Below, piece by piece: positions 9,660-19,901 of a stretch of 64,000 nt of DNA. Each line of letters opens with the position of its first letter. Within the stretch, counting starts at the first letter, position 1. The stretch comes from Patescibacteria group bacterium UBA3466. GTDB taxonomy: Bacteria; Patescibacteriota; Minisyncoccia; Phycocordibacterales; UBA918. A program made the translations under genes and the position numbers. The notes beneath the pieces were generated by a model. That model did no database searches and had not been told where the DNA came from. It saw only the letters and a list, made by a program, of their open reading frames with translations. Location: the NCBI GenBank assembly GCA_002378195.1, contig DFRJ01000004.1, positions 25,073 through 89,072 on the forward strand, read 5' to 3'.

Positions 9660-10493
9660 ATGTCAAAACAAGGTCTACGCTACTGGTTAATCACAAATAT
9701 ACCGTCACCGATATTAAAAATCATAGTAAAAATTAAAGGCGGAGGTTCTTTGCGTAAACCCAGACATAGCTCGTCAAAAAACAAAAATGTCGTCCCGTGT
9801 ACTATTGCCTGTAACAGCAACGGAGCTTTTTGCACACCAGATTCTTGCCGCGAAGACACCCCCGTACAGGCCATTTACAGAGGAGAACAATATGAAAATT
9901 TAACTCTAGACTTTATTAAAAGTTTAAAACTAACAGGAGACATCATTCATGCTGGAGCATACTTTGGTGACTCTCTTCCATGTCTAGGTGACAGCATTCT
10001 GCCCAAAAATAAAATTTGGGCATTTGAACCTAATCCGGAAAGCTTCCGGTGCGCACAGATCACAATTCTATTAAACCGTTTAGATGAAAAGATTGAACTA
10101 TTTAATCACGGCCTAGGAGATACAGATGAAGTGGTAAACCTGCAAATAAACTCTTCTGACAATCAGAAAAAACTTGGGGGCACGACAAGGATTGTCAGCA
10201 ATCAAAATATTGGCACCACTGAAATCTCAATAAAAAAACTCGATGACGTAATTCCCCACAATAGACAGGTATCACTAATACACTTAGATGTTGAGGGTTA
10301 CGAAGAAAAAGTACTCAAGGGGGCAAGTGACTTAATTGAAAAATACAAACCATTGGTTATTCTTGAGGTAAGTAAAAATATCGAGGATACTCTTGCCATG
10401 ATGAATAAACTAGGCTATGAAATGATCCAGAGCCTGGAAATGAGAGATTGGGGTCAGGGCATAAGAAATGCAGTATTTAAAGCGATTGGATAA
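9660..10493 (+). CDS. FkbM-family methyltransferase
   Basis: HAGAYFG, AFEPNP, HLDVEGYE; first ATG is at 9660. Confidence 0.85.
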   Translation: MSKQGLRYWLITNIPSPILKIIVKIKGGGSLRKPRHSSSKNKNVVPCTIACNSNGAFCTPDSCREDTPVQAIYRGEQYENLTLDFIKSLKLTGDIIHAGAYFGDSLPCLGDSILPKNKIWAFEPNPESFRCAQITILLNRLDEKIELFNHGLGDTDEVVNLQINSSDNQKKLGGTTRIVSNQNIGTTEISIKKLDDVIPHNRQVSLIHLDVEGYEEKVLKGASDLIEKYKPLVILEVSKNIEDTLAMMNKLGYEMIQSLEMRDWGQGIRNAVFKAIG

Positions 10494-11616
10494 TTTTAAT
10501 AAGCTTTTTACTACGCCTGTTCCAGGTATAATCTCTTACATCAACCCTGGCTTGGTCCGCACACTTTTTCGCGCACTCAACATGAGAGAGCACATAATCG
10601 ATTGATCTACCCAAAGCCTTCTGACTATCTGGCTCAAAAAAGAAAGCGTTGTTTTCATTTAGAATTTCCCTAATAGATGGAATATCGCTAGCTATAATCG
10701 GTGTACCACTGGCCATATATTCAAAAACCTTCATTGGAGAAGTGTGCAATCTTGAAATTTCCTTTTTGGCTGTATTTGGCAACACCAACACATCAGCAGC
10801 TTTCAAATAAAGTGGCATCTCATCATGAGGTCGATGACCAATAAATTTAACATTGGTAGTCTCGCCATAGACATCATTCATCCTTATCAGGTCGGTATTT
10901 GTACCGCCCACAAATAAAAATTGGATGTTGGGACTTTTCTCTGCAACCTGTGCCAATAAATCAGCTCCCTTCCAATCATATAAATGCCCAGTATACACGA
11001 CCAAAGGTGTAGTTAAATCTAAGTCCAGACTTTTCCTCGCACTTTCTTTAGAATGATCTACTTCAAAATCCTCTAAATTAACCCCATTATGTAATGCGAC
11101 TATCTTATCTCTTGAAATGCCGAAATCATTTTCTAATAATTTTATTTTTTGAAAGTTGTTTGTTTGAATTTTTGCAACTCTTTTAAACATCCTGGCGTAT
11201 AGCCATCGTGACGAGCCAGGATAATCATGTAGCTCATAAATTAATCTTGAATGAAAAAAGCTTAAACCTAAAGCGATAACCATATTGTTGGTAATAACAA
11301 CCGAATCTTTCTTTACTTTAAATAGTAAAAAAATAATGCTTGATAATAGAAAAGAGATTAGTCCAACATAAATAGCCGTTGGACGTAAGATGCTAATCGG
11401 AAAAAGATCTAAGCTAGGTATCATTTTCACTCTAATCTCTCTAGATAAATTGTAATAGTCTTTGTAGGACGCCTTCATATTGTTAAAACGTCTAGGTAAA
11501 ACCAGGTAGATTGAAAATTCTGACAGGTCTGACAATGACTGGCAAACCTTAGCTAAATATAAAGCGTGAGCTTTTTCTGAAGGAAAACGTGTGTAGCTAA
11601 AGAAATATACTTTCAT
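10477..11616 (-). CDS. GT4 family glycosyltransferase
   Basis: HNGV, YTGHLYDWKG, SPMKVFEYMASGTPIIASDIP. Confidence 0.9.
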   Translation of the reverse strand: MKVYFFSYTRFPSEKAHALYLAKVCQSLSDLSEFSIYLVLPRRFNNMKASYKDYYNLSREIRVKMIPSLDLFPISILRPTAIYVGLISFLLSSIIFLLFKVKKDSVVITNNMVIALGLSFFHSRLIYELHDYPGSSRWLYARMFKRVAKIQTNNFQKIKLLENDFGISRDKIVALHNGVNLEDFEVDHSKESARKSLDLDLTTPLVVYTGHLYDWKGADLLAQVAEKSPNIQFLFVGGTNTDLIRMNDVYGETTNVKFIGHRPHDEMPLYLKAADVLVLPNTAKKEISRLHTSPMKVFEYMASGTPIIASDIPSIREILNENNAFFFEPDSQKALGRSIDYVLSHVECAKKCADQARVDVRDYTWNRRSKKLIKIIQSL

Positions 11617-11619
11617 ATT

Positions 11620-12972
11620 TTAATATTTAAGTTTCCTGCCTACAGCATGCCAAACCTTATCAATAATCAACCTGTCAGTTTCAGTTACAGTTAGCATGTC
11701 TCTAAAACTAAACTGATAACCTTCTACACTATTCTTTAGGACCCTATATCGTCCGAAAGCATAAATAGTTAGTGTAATGAAAAACTCGACCGCAATACCG
11801 TATAATCCAAATAAACTTATTGTCAGGGGCAACACCACAACGATCATGCCTAAAAAGAAAATTCCTGACGTAAATAAATTCTTTTGTAATCTCAAGGCAT
11901 GAAAAGCAGACACAAAAACCCGACTGAAACTTCCTGGTAAAAGCGCCAACGTCATTAACACAAACAATGGATAGGCACTTTCATAATCTGGGAAAAAGTT
12001 ATTAATTAAAACTGGAATAAATATAAACGCTGCGACTGAGTTAAAGACCAGTATCAAGGCTTGATATTTAATTGTTGAATTAATCAACTTGGCTAATCGC
12101 AAACGGTCATTTGAATAACTAGGTATGATTGGCGTCACTACTTTCCATAACGGAAAAAGTGTTGATACATGCTGAAACATACCGAAAGCCAAACCATAAA
12201 TACCAACTGCAGGCACGCCCAGAAAAAACTGAATAATCCACGGTCTCAAATTCTGACTAAAGGAATGTAAGCTGGCTTGTAAAATACTCCATATTGCATG
12301 TGTCTTTAAGGCAAACAGTGGTTGCGAAGACCATCTATAAAATCCTCGAAATTCTTTTAATAAACCAAGAGCTACCGGCAAAAACAAAATTGTAACAATC
12401 GCTTCACTTAGTACATACGCCACAATGATTCCCACCGGACCAAGATCTACTTTAATTAAGAAAAAAGCAACCAGTGCCAGTTTTAGTGCTTCCTCTAAAA
12501 AACTAAAAAGGCTCAATTGCCAGAACTTATGCAAGACGTTACACGACAAATTAACCAAAGACCTGAAAGGTGACATTAAAAAGGACAGGGATAAAATACT
12601 CACCATATTTCTCACCGGTTCAGAGAAGCTATCCATAAAGTATAAGGACACAATCAGTAATCCTATACTTGCAATAACAGAGAGTACAAATCTAAGCAGT
12701 ATATATGAAGATAATAGCTTGCCCGCACTCTTCTTATCATCGTCACGTTTGTAAGTACCTAAATCAGCAATAATAACTGGATCTAACCCCGCCAAGCTTA
12801 AGAGGCCCATCATTGGTGGTATAGAAATAGCTAGTTCAACTAGGCCATACTCAAATACTGTTAGATAGCTCAAAACCACTATCGCATAGGCAATACTAAT
12901 TACTTTGATCAAGATGGCACTAACCGACATCCAAACCGTACCTTCACCTACTTTCTTAGCTACTGTGACCAT
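11620..12972 (-). CDS. Wzx-like polysaccharide flippase
   Basis: About 12 hydrophobic helices; EYGLV and AVGIYGLA motifs typical of MOP-family flippases; lies in the glycan locus. Confidence 0.8.
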   Translation of the reverse strand: MVTVAKKVGEGTVWMSVSAILIKVISIAYAIVVLSYLTVFEYGLVELAISIPPMMGLLSLAGLDPVIIADLGTYKRDDDKKSAGKLLSSYILLRFVLSVIASIGLLIVSLYFMDSFSEPVRNMVSILSLSFLMSPFRSLVNLSCNVLHKFWQLSLFSFLEEALKLALVAFFLIKVDLGPVGIIVAYVLSEAIVTILFLPVALGLLKEFRGFYRWSSQPLFALKTHAIWSILQASLHSFSQNLRPWIIQFFLGVPAVGIYGLAFGMFQHVSTLFPLWKVVTPIIPSYSNDRLRLAKLINSTIKYQALILVFNSVAAFIFIPVLINNFFPDYESAYPLFVLMTLALLPGSFSRVFVSAFHALRLQKNLFTSGIFFLGMIVVVLPLTISLFGLYGIAVEFFITLTIYAFGRYRVLKNSVEGYQFSFRDMLTVTETDRLIIDKVWHAVGRKLKY

Positions 12973-13061
12973 GTGGAATGACTATTCATATAGTTATATA
13001 ACTAAGTAATCATAACAAAGTTGTTAATATACAACCAAATAGATACGATCTTTCTGTAAAA

Positions 13062-13889
13062 TTACTTGGATCTCTCCAGGTACATTTCAGTCAAAATCTG
13101 AAAAGACACCCACTCTGAGTAGAGTTTATTTCGATAATAAAAGATCGGGATAGCAGGTCGATTATTTAGATCAATTCTTGAGGTGACGTAACGAAATACG
13201 ACACCCAGCGATCTTTTTAGTGGTAAGAAAATTCCCTTCTTGAGATACGTTACTAAGTCTTGAGGAGGATTAACTTCAAACATTACACGAAGTCGATACC
13301 TCACCGCTCTACTGTAAGAAACAAAGTCTGGCTTGCTGATCGGTACGCACCACGCGCCCTGCAGCCTTCCCACAGAGTACTGCTCACGGTCAAAGACGTA
13401 TCTTTCGTGCATCTTACGCTCAAACCTCCCTCCTGATTGTAAATTGAAGAAACGAATTTGGTGTACCGGGTGTTTTCTTTTGTAGGTCACACTAGCATCG
13501 GGACTTTGAAGTGCAATCGGGAGCTCATACGCAAAGTGCTCGGGAATTACTTTGGTACATACCTCAATAATTTCTTCACGTAACTCTTCTGTAATATATT
13601 CATCTGAGTCAATCCATAAAAACCAATCTTCATTTGCAGTATCGATTAGGCGGTTTCTCTCACGCGAAAAATCCTCAACCGGATGATACTGATCCGGTCC
13701 TGGATGATACTTCGTGTACTGATCAATAATCTTACAACCGTATGCTTTTGCTATTTCTAAAGTTGCGTCGGTACTACCGCCATCTGAAATAATTATATCT
13801 GAAAAGTCTGAAATGCTATCTAATGCTCTCCGTAGATTTGCTTCGGAATTGTATGTCAAAATGCCAACACTGCACGGTATCTTTTTCAT
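13062..13889 (-). CDS. GT2 family glycosyltransferase
   Basis: ILTYNSE, DGGSTDAT, WIDSDE and MHE motifs. Confidence 0.9.
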   Translation of the reverse strand: MKKIPCSVGILTYNSEANLRRALDSISDFSDIIISDGGSTDATLEIAKAYGCKIIDQYTKYHPGPDQYHPVEDFSRERNRLIDTANEDWFLWIDSDEYITEELREEIIEVCTKVIPEHFAYELPIALQSPDASVTYKRKHPVHQIRFFNLQSGGRFERKMHERYVFDREQYSVGRLQGAWCVPISKPDFVSYSRAVRYRLRVMFEVNPPQDLVTYLKKGIFLPLKRSLGVVFRYVTSRIDLNNRPAIPIFYYRNKLYSEWVSFQILTEMYLERSK

Positions 13890-13892
13890 AAA

Positions 13893-14600
13893 TTAAGAAA
13901 TCTTAGTCTCAAACTTTACATTTCCTTCTGGCAGTTCACAAATTGTATAATTTTTGGGCTGACCGTCCTTCTCCAGCACATAAATGATCTCGTATGCAAT
14001 TCCCGGGTAATTAACCGGCTGAAAACTCCATCCCAATTTAACAACATGAAACGATACGCCAACCTCGTCGGTCACCTTAAATCCAGCATGGCCAGCAATT
14101 GTCCGCATATTATACCTAGTAAACTCGTAAAAATGCTCTTCAAACTTTACTTTTGCAACCCTGTCCTTGAAAAAATTAAAAAATACATTTAAACATTGCT
14201 CCCAATAATAATTAGGATTTGGCGTTGATAAGACAATAATTCCATCGGGTTTAATAACTCTATGCAATTCTACCAAGAGCCCGAGCGGATTAGAAATATG
14301 AGCTAGTACACACCCCATTGTTACAGCATCAAACTCTCCGTCTTTGTAGGGCAAAGAACATGTATTTAGATCTACACGATCAACCTGAGTATAGTTCTTA
14401 GGCCTATCTGTATCGGCAATATCTACTCCATAGATGATTCCTTCCAAAAAATTATTCGGTTGTTGTGCGTAGCCAATATCTAACACCTTGGAACTCCTTT
14501 TCTTTCTTTTATATAGTGTCTCTGCTATCAATTGAGATTTACTTTTGAGACCTTTTTTTACCAAAAGATCGTTCTTTTTACATACATCGTTATTACACAT
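13893..14600 (-). CDS. Class I SAM-dependent methyltransferase
   Basis: VLDIG, LPYKDGEFD, HRVIKPDG, STPN. Confidence 0.85.
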   Translation of the reverse strand: MCNNDVCKKNDLLVKKGLKSKSQLIAETLYKRKKRSSKVLDIGYAQQPNNFLEGIIYGVDIADTDRPKNYTQVDRVDLNTCSLPYKDGEFDAVTMGCVLAHISNPLGLLVELHRVIKPDGIIVLSTPNPNYYWEQCLNVFFNFFKDRVAKVKFEEHFYEFTRYNMRTIAGHAGFKVTDEVGVSFHVVKLGWSFQPVNYPGIAYEIIYVLEKDGQPKNYTICELPEGNVKFETKIS

Positions 14601-14612
14601 ACCTATATTTAC

Positions 14613-15212
14613 TTATCTTATTACATAAATATTCCACGCAACTCGACGAAGACAGCTCTTTACGATAAAAGACTCTTGAATCCTATATGTTTTACTAATC
14701 CAATTAGCGATCAAAGTTGTACGCCAAGTTTTATACATTGAGACCACAATCACCCCGCGCTTACTCAAACGATTACGATACTTATTTAACCATTCTCTGT
14801 AATCTCCGTAATACAATATCTCAGAGAAGATAATAAAGTCATAATCATCATCCAACTGCGACACATCATCTACCGGAGCATTAATAAATCGACCATCACA
14901 ACCCGTAAGAGCATCAATCGCAACAGAAGAAAAATCGGAACCTGTATAATCGATTTTTGATAAATTTAATTCATGAAACAGAGCTCCGTTACCACAACCA
15001 ACATCTAACACTTTTATACGACTCGAGTGACGGGCGGCTTTGTTTATCATATTTGCCATTATGCTGATATTAGGCTGACCTTCAAGTAAATAGTCCCACT
15101 TACCTGTGCTGTACTGTTTATCCCAATGACTTTTTGACTGTGGGACAGTAAATAGACTCTCTCCTTGCGAAAGCTTACGGTGGGCGCTCTTCAATCTAGT
15201 AAGTAATTTCAT
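14613..15212 (-). CDS. Class I SAM-dependent methyltransferase
   Basis: VLDVGCGNG, SDFS, FSEILYY. Confidence 0.85.
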   Translation of the reverse strand: MKLLTRLKSAHRKLSQGESLFTVPQSKSHWDKQYSTGKWDYLLEGQPNISIMANMINKAARHSSRIKVLDVGCGNGALFHELNLSKIDYTGSDFSSVAIDALTGCDGRFINAPVDDVSQLDDDYDFIIFSEILYYGDYREWLNKYRNRLSKRGVIVVSMYKTWRTTLIANWISKTYRIQESFIVKSCLRRVAWNIYVIR

Positions 15213-15217
15213 GAATA

Positions 15218-16012
15218 TTATTTAAATACCCTAATCAATTTATTGTATACCGTCAAAGCTGGAGTAAGCCGAAGCTTAAACAATGAAAATGGAATTCTTC
15301 TTCCAACCTCAATTCTATTTAATCGAAACAGGTCATCTCCTACTTCTACAAAACCAGAATGAGTACTACAAGCAGCCAGATACCCTCTTTTCTTTAGCAT
15401 ATCGATGGCGGTCTGATCATACACCCCAGCCGGGTACGCGGCGTACTGTGGCTTATCACCACCAGTAATTGTTTTAATCACTGATTCACATTCTTCGACT
15501 TCTTCTTTGATTAAGTTCTGACTATTAGCTATGACCGGAAACTTTTCGTGAGTGTGACCATGTGTCTGTATAGACACCAAACCGCTTGCGGCCATCTCAG
15601 ACAGTTGTCCAATAGTTGGACGCGCAATATTACCAAAAAAATCACGAGGTCTTAAGTCAGAAGTTAGAAATATAGTAAACGGCACTGAATACTGTTTTGC
15701 CAGAGGAAAGAGAACATGGTACGTGTCTTCGTAACCATCATCTACCGTAATCGCCACACTATTCTCATTGATAGTTTTATTACCTTGTGCGTATTCAACA
15801 ATGTCAGAAAAAGGAACGATAGTTTTTGTTTTCAGTAGGTGTTGTAATTGCTTCTTAAACACCTCGGGATCTTCACCAAACCGCCACCCGGCAGTATCAA
15901 AGGAGTGGTACATCAATACCCCCGGCTTTTCTGACAAAAAAGATACCCGTGCTATGACAGCACTCAAACAAAGAAGCAACCATTTACCGAAATTTCTAAC
16001 TTTCATATTCAT
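15218..16012 (-). CDS. Polysaccharide deacetylase (CE4/NodB, IcaB-like)
   Basis: VLMYH, ITVDDGY, HGHTH, AYPAG. Confidence 0.9.
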   Translation of the reverse strand: MNMKVRNFGKWLLLCLSAVIARVSFLSEKPGVLMYHSFDTAGWRFGEDPEVFKKQLQHLLKTKTIVPFSDIVEYAQGNKTINENSVAITVDDGYEDTYHVLFPLAKQYSVPFTIFLTSDLRPRDFFGNIARPTIGQLSEMAASGLVSIQTHGHTHEKFPVIANSQNLIKEEVEECESVIKTITGGDKPQYAAYPAGVYDQTAIDMLKKRGYLAACSTHSGFVEVGDDLFRLNRIEVGRRIPFSLFKLRLTPALTVYNKLIRVFK

Positions 16013-16574
16013 GAAAATACACTTCTGCTTCCTCTACTGACGACACCACTACATAACGTGAGTCGTGTTCGGTCAGTTCTAGAAGTAATTTATGAATCTT
16101 TTGCATACTATCAGTTCTGCCCGGTTTGGCGACATCACTCCGCCATACTCTCTTTTCCAGATTCTTTTGTCGCTCCTCTTCGGTTATATGCAAAATGAGT
16201 ACTTTATCTGGCTTTGGTAACAGATAAAGATATAGCTGCAACAAAGGTTTGAAACGTAATATTCTTGTGTGACTAAGAGTGTTCTGGTGAGACCCCTCTT
16301 CAATCACCTTTGTACCGACACCTTTCTTTGCTTTGTACAGCTTACTGCTTCTAATAAAGAAAGTATTCCAAAATAATGTTGGCTGTGTGAAAGACAAGAG
16401 AGCAATCAACAAATCTACACACTTAAATACAATATGCTGAAAGCTTCGCAGCGTATAATAAAGAATTTCTCTCTTAGCATTAAGGGTAACAATAGAAATA
16501 TCGCCCCGATCCTTAATTCGAGATACTAAAGTAGATTTACCTGAGCCAGGTAGTCCGAAAATCTCTATGATCAT
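15996..16574 (-). CDS. P-loop kinase (NMP-kinase-like)
   Basis: IEIFGLPGSGKST Walker A, IEEG, LPKPD. Confidence 0.7.
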   Translation of the reverse strand: MIIEIFGLPGSGKSTLVSRIKDRGDISIVTLNAKREILYYTLRSFQHIVFKCVDLLIALLSFTQPTLFWNTFFIRSSKLYKAKKGVGTKVIEEGSHQNTLSHTRILRFKPLLQLYLYLLPKPDKVLILHITEEERQKNLEKRVWRSDVAKPGRTDSMQKIHKLLLELTEHDSRYVVVSSVEEAEVYFHEYES

Positions 16575-17296
16575 TTTTTTTCAAATACTACGCCGTACGC
16601 TTCGCTGAAGTACCTGCCAACTGAGAATGGCAACAGGCGGCATACTATTGACGTAACTCGATCAAGAAAACCAGATCGTACTAGCGGAAAGACACAAGTA
16701 ACGTGGAAATATTTTTTGACTTGTAAGCCATTCGCTTCAAGTAATGAGACGAGATCTTTGGTAGCAATTTGACCCTTATGCACCTCTGTATAGTTATGCC
16801 GTTTAAATGGCCGATCGCCTTGCGGAGTTTTAGTTATCAGACACCCTCCTCCGCCGCTTGCTAGACTCTGTGAAATTATTTCAACAACCCGATTTTTATC
16901 AGGCACGTACTCGATCATTCTTGATGAAAAGAATAAGTTATATTTCTGCTCTGCCTTTAAATCTAAAACATCACTACACACGAGTGTAATATTTGATTGC
17001 TCAGGGAGTGCTGCTCGTGCCTGATCAAGCATTGATTGTGAGATATCAACTAAGTCGTAGGTTGCTTCAGGAGCTTTATCTAACATCAACTTAGTCCAAG
17101 TTCCGGGACCCGGACCAAGTTCAAACACCTTTGAGTCATTACCTACAAGTGGTAGTACATACTTTTCAACAGCCTCCTTGGTAGACGCATAGCTTGCGCG
17201 GGCTTGTGCATTTTTAAACCAACGATCATATTCGTATTTATTTACCCGTCCTGAAACAGAGCTGTTGAAAAATTCTTTTACTTCTTTCGTATCCAT
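16571..17296 (-). CDS. Class I SAM-dependent methyltransferase
   Basis: FELGPGPG, VDISQSML. Confidence 0.85.
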   Translation of the reverse strand: MDTKEVKEFFNSSVSGRVNKYEYDRWFKNAQARASYASTKEAVEKYVLPLVGNDSKVFELGPGPGTWTKLMLDKAPEATYDLVDISQSMLDQARAALPEQSNITLVCSDVLDLKAEQKYNLFFSSRMIEYVPDKNRVVEIISQSLASGGGGCLITKTPQGDRPFKRHNYTEVHKGQIATKDLVSLLEANGLQVKKYFHVTCVFPLVRSGFLDRVTSIVCRLLPFSVGRYFSEAYGVVFEKK

Positions 17297-17301
17297 AAAA
17301 A

Positions 17302-17931
17302 CTATTTATTCTGCATAATGTAAAACCGATGATATTGGTTTTCATGTGGTATGTATTCATCCAGTATATCAAAGTGTGTGTTAAGAATAGACCTAATCTT
17401 ACTTGCTGAATACCCTTTCTTTCCAATCTCCCAATAATGCTGGCCACAAAACACGTGCGTAATCGGTCGCGGCAGTTTTATTGCGAACTTGAACTCCGCA
17501 AACTTAGGCAACTTAAGTCGAAATTCTAATGACGGTCCATAGTGAGGCAAACTAATAAAAACATAGCGTTTAGAAACTCGCTTCATTTCTTGCAGCGCTA
17601 CCTCAAAGTCGTCGAAAGAAATATGTTCGAGCACCTGAAAGGCTGTCGCTAAATCTACTGCATTATCCTTAAGCGGGATGTCGGTCACACTCCCCTTGAT
17701 ATCTGGATGTAAGTCATCTGCGATGTCGAGTGACTGATAAGAAAGGTTTGGCTTCTGCTCATTAAGAATAGCCTGCAAGACACTAGTTCCAGGACCAACA
17801 TCCAAAACTGAATTAATGTCATCACGAGAAACTATTTCTTTTATCTGATACCAATAGCTCATCCAGCGACCTGGATAAAAGTAGCTTTCAAATGCATAAT
17901 GCCTTTTTTCGACTTGTTTTTCGTATTTCAT
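17302..17931 (-). CDS. Class I SAM-dependent methyltransferase (type 11)
   Basis: VLDVGPG, FQVLEHI, HYWEIG. Confidence 0.85.
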   Translation of the reverse strand: MKYEKQVEKRHYAFESYFYPGRWMSYWYQIKEIVSRDDINSVLDVGPGTSVLQAILNEQKPNLSYQSLDIADDLHPDIKGSVTDIPLKDNAVDLATAFQVLEHISFDDFEVALQEMKRVSKRYVFISLPHYGPSLEFRLKLPKFAEFKFAIKLPRPITHVFCGQHYWEIGKKGYSASKIRSILNTHFDILDEYIPHENQYHRFYIMQNK

Positions 17932-18938
17932 GAAAGACTTTTTAATATAGATGGTATCAATTGCTTGAGACTGTGCTGGTTCTTAATACAAGAAGTATTG
18001 TTCACGTCTCTGGTATTTTCCATGCTGAGATAACGACTAATTACTTCAGACATTGCAGCAGTATCTGCCACTTGATTGGATCCGAGTGGTAGCGACTTAC
18101 TACCTTCAGCCATTGATACTACCGGAAGACCGCAGGCCATTGCTTCCAATATTGCCTTATCAAGGCTACCATTGTTTGCACTAGTTACAAAAACTTTAGC
18201 TGAATTGAGAGTCTCTGGTAGATCCTGCTGAGTAACTTTCCCAATAAAGTGCACCCGGTCCTGCAGGGAAAGTTCTAAAATCTTATTCTTCAATTCCTCC
18301 TCATACGCTTCATCTTCCGTTGTTACTGGTGTCCCGACGAGTGCAAGACTTGGTGCAGCACTAGAGCTAAGCGAGTGTAAAACATCTATTAATGTATGCA
18401 GATTTTTAGCACGTGATATTCTACCGACAGATATTAAGTCGTATTTTTTATCAGATTGTTGTGGCGCAAAGTGATTAGTATTAATTCCATGTCCTGTCAC
18501 TATTACTTTTGCAGATGACACATTAAAACTATTGTTTGACGCGGTAAATATTTTATCTGCTAAAAGAGTGGCTAACCTCAGTGACAAGGAGACAGTGCCG
18601 TGGGTGTACCAAAGCGATATTCGTTTACGGAGCAAAAACCAAATCGGCCAACCCAAAATTACATATATTTGATTCATGTGCACAAACACTGAATTGTACT
18701 GCGATCGATTGGAAATTATCGCCTGGTAAAAATTCTTGAGTATTGAAAAGCGACCTGCTCCCCGCTCTTTACCAAGTGATACCACAGTTACATTCTCAGG
18801 AAGATCATATTCGCCAGACTGCAAACAGACGACTGTCACTCTCTCGCAGTGGGCCGCAAACTCAGAAATCCACTGATGAAAAAAACCTAAGACAGGATGT
18901 TCACGGTCTACCACTTGAGTAATGATAAGTAATTTCAT
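17928..18938 (-). CDS. GT4 family glycosyltransferase
   Basis: GHGI, VGRISRAK, GSLDKAILEAMACGLPV. Confidence 0.9.
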   Translation of the reverse strand: MKLLIITQVVDREHPVLGFFHQWISEFAAHCERVTVVCLQSGEYDLPENVTVVSLGKERGAGRFSILKNFYQAIISNRSQYNSVFVHMNQIYVILGWPIWFLLRKRISLWYTHGTVSLSLRLATLLADKIFTASNNSFNVSSAKVIVTGHGINTNHFAPQQSDKKYDLISVGRISRAKNLHTLIDVLHSLSSSAAPSLALVGTPVTTEDEAYEEELKNKILELSLQDRVHFIGKVTQQDLPETLNSAKVFVTSANNGSLDKAILEAMACGLPVVSMAEGSKSLPLGSNQVADTAAMSEVISRYLSMENTRDVNNTSCIKNQHSLKQLIPSILKSLS

Positions 18939-18977
18939 TGTATTTATATAACTTATCGTATGGTTTTAAGTTACACA

Positions 18978-19850
18978 CTATTGTGTAGCCACTATATCGT
19001 AATACATTGCAAAATATGGCTTTAGGACTACCGGGCAAATAAATTCGAACAGGCGGTTAATCGGTACCGCGATTCCTTTTCGCCAAAATCTATCGAGAAA
19101 TTTTGGTAAAAAAATCAGTGACTTCGGCAAAACAGCAAATCCAACTGGACGCAACTCAACTTCTGTAAAGCCATCAAATAGATGTAAGATCTCCTTTCTA
19201 CGGTAATACCTGACTGGACCATTCTTAAACGGCTTGCCCATCAAATTCAAAAGCGCTTGGTAAGCATGCCCTTGCAGACCCATAAGAGTGGCGGATCTAG
19301 GGAAAGATGAGTAAACCAATACTTTTCCACCTGGCTTAACAGTCCTCTTTATTTCATCCATGGCTCGACTCACTACACTCTTGTGATTATGTAGGAATAC
19401 AGCACACACAATCGCCACATCAACACTCGCCTCTTTAATAGGAATAGTATGAATATCAGCATTTAGCAGCAAAAGCGGAGTCTTTTGCTCAGCTTCATGA
19501 GACTGATATCTGTCCTTAAATAAAGACAGCATTTCATAGGCACTATCGACTCCGACATAGCCTCCTATCTGCATGTCAGGCAACAAGTACTTGGCTACCC
19601 GACCATACCCAGTTCCACAGTCTAATAGGACATCAGTGGGCTTAAGCGCATGTTTTATATCAGCTATTTGCTCTTCTGATTTCTTGTAAGCCTCTGATTC
19701 ATCTTTGGCAGATATCACCGCATGAGTAGGGTTTTCAATCGCCAATTTATCCCAAACTGTCTTCTCGGCAATTTCCTTGGCAACAAAAATACCTTCCTTT
19801 TCAATAACACTATCTGTCTTCAAAATATTCTGGAGTCGTTCAATAATCAT
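18978..19850 (-). CDS. Class I SAM-dependent methyltransferase
   Basis: LDCGTGYG, GVDSA, RTVKPGG. Confidence 0.85.
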   Translation of the reverse strand: MIIERLQNILKTDSVIEKEGIFVAKEIAEKTVWDKLAIENPTHAVISAKDESEAYKKSEEQIADIKHALKPTDVLLDCGTGYGRVAKYLLPDMQIGGYVGVDSAYEMLSLFKDRYQSHEAEQKTPLLLLNADIHTIPIKEASVDVAIVCAVFLHNHKSVVSRAMDEIKRTVKPGGKVLVYSSFPRSATLMGLQGHAYQALLNLMGKPFKNGPVRYYRRKEILHLFDGFTEVELRPVGFAVLPKSLIFLPKFLDRFWRKGIAVPINRLFEFICPVVLKPYFAMYYDIVATQ

Positions 19851-19901
19851 ATTGGAGATTATAATAACACTGTCGCTCGGCCGTCACCAGAAAAATAAAT
19901 A

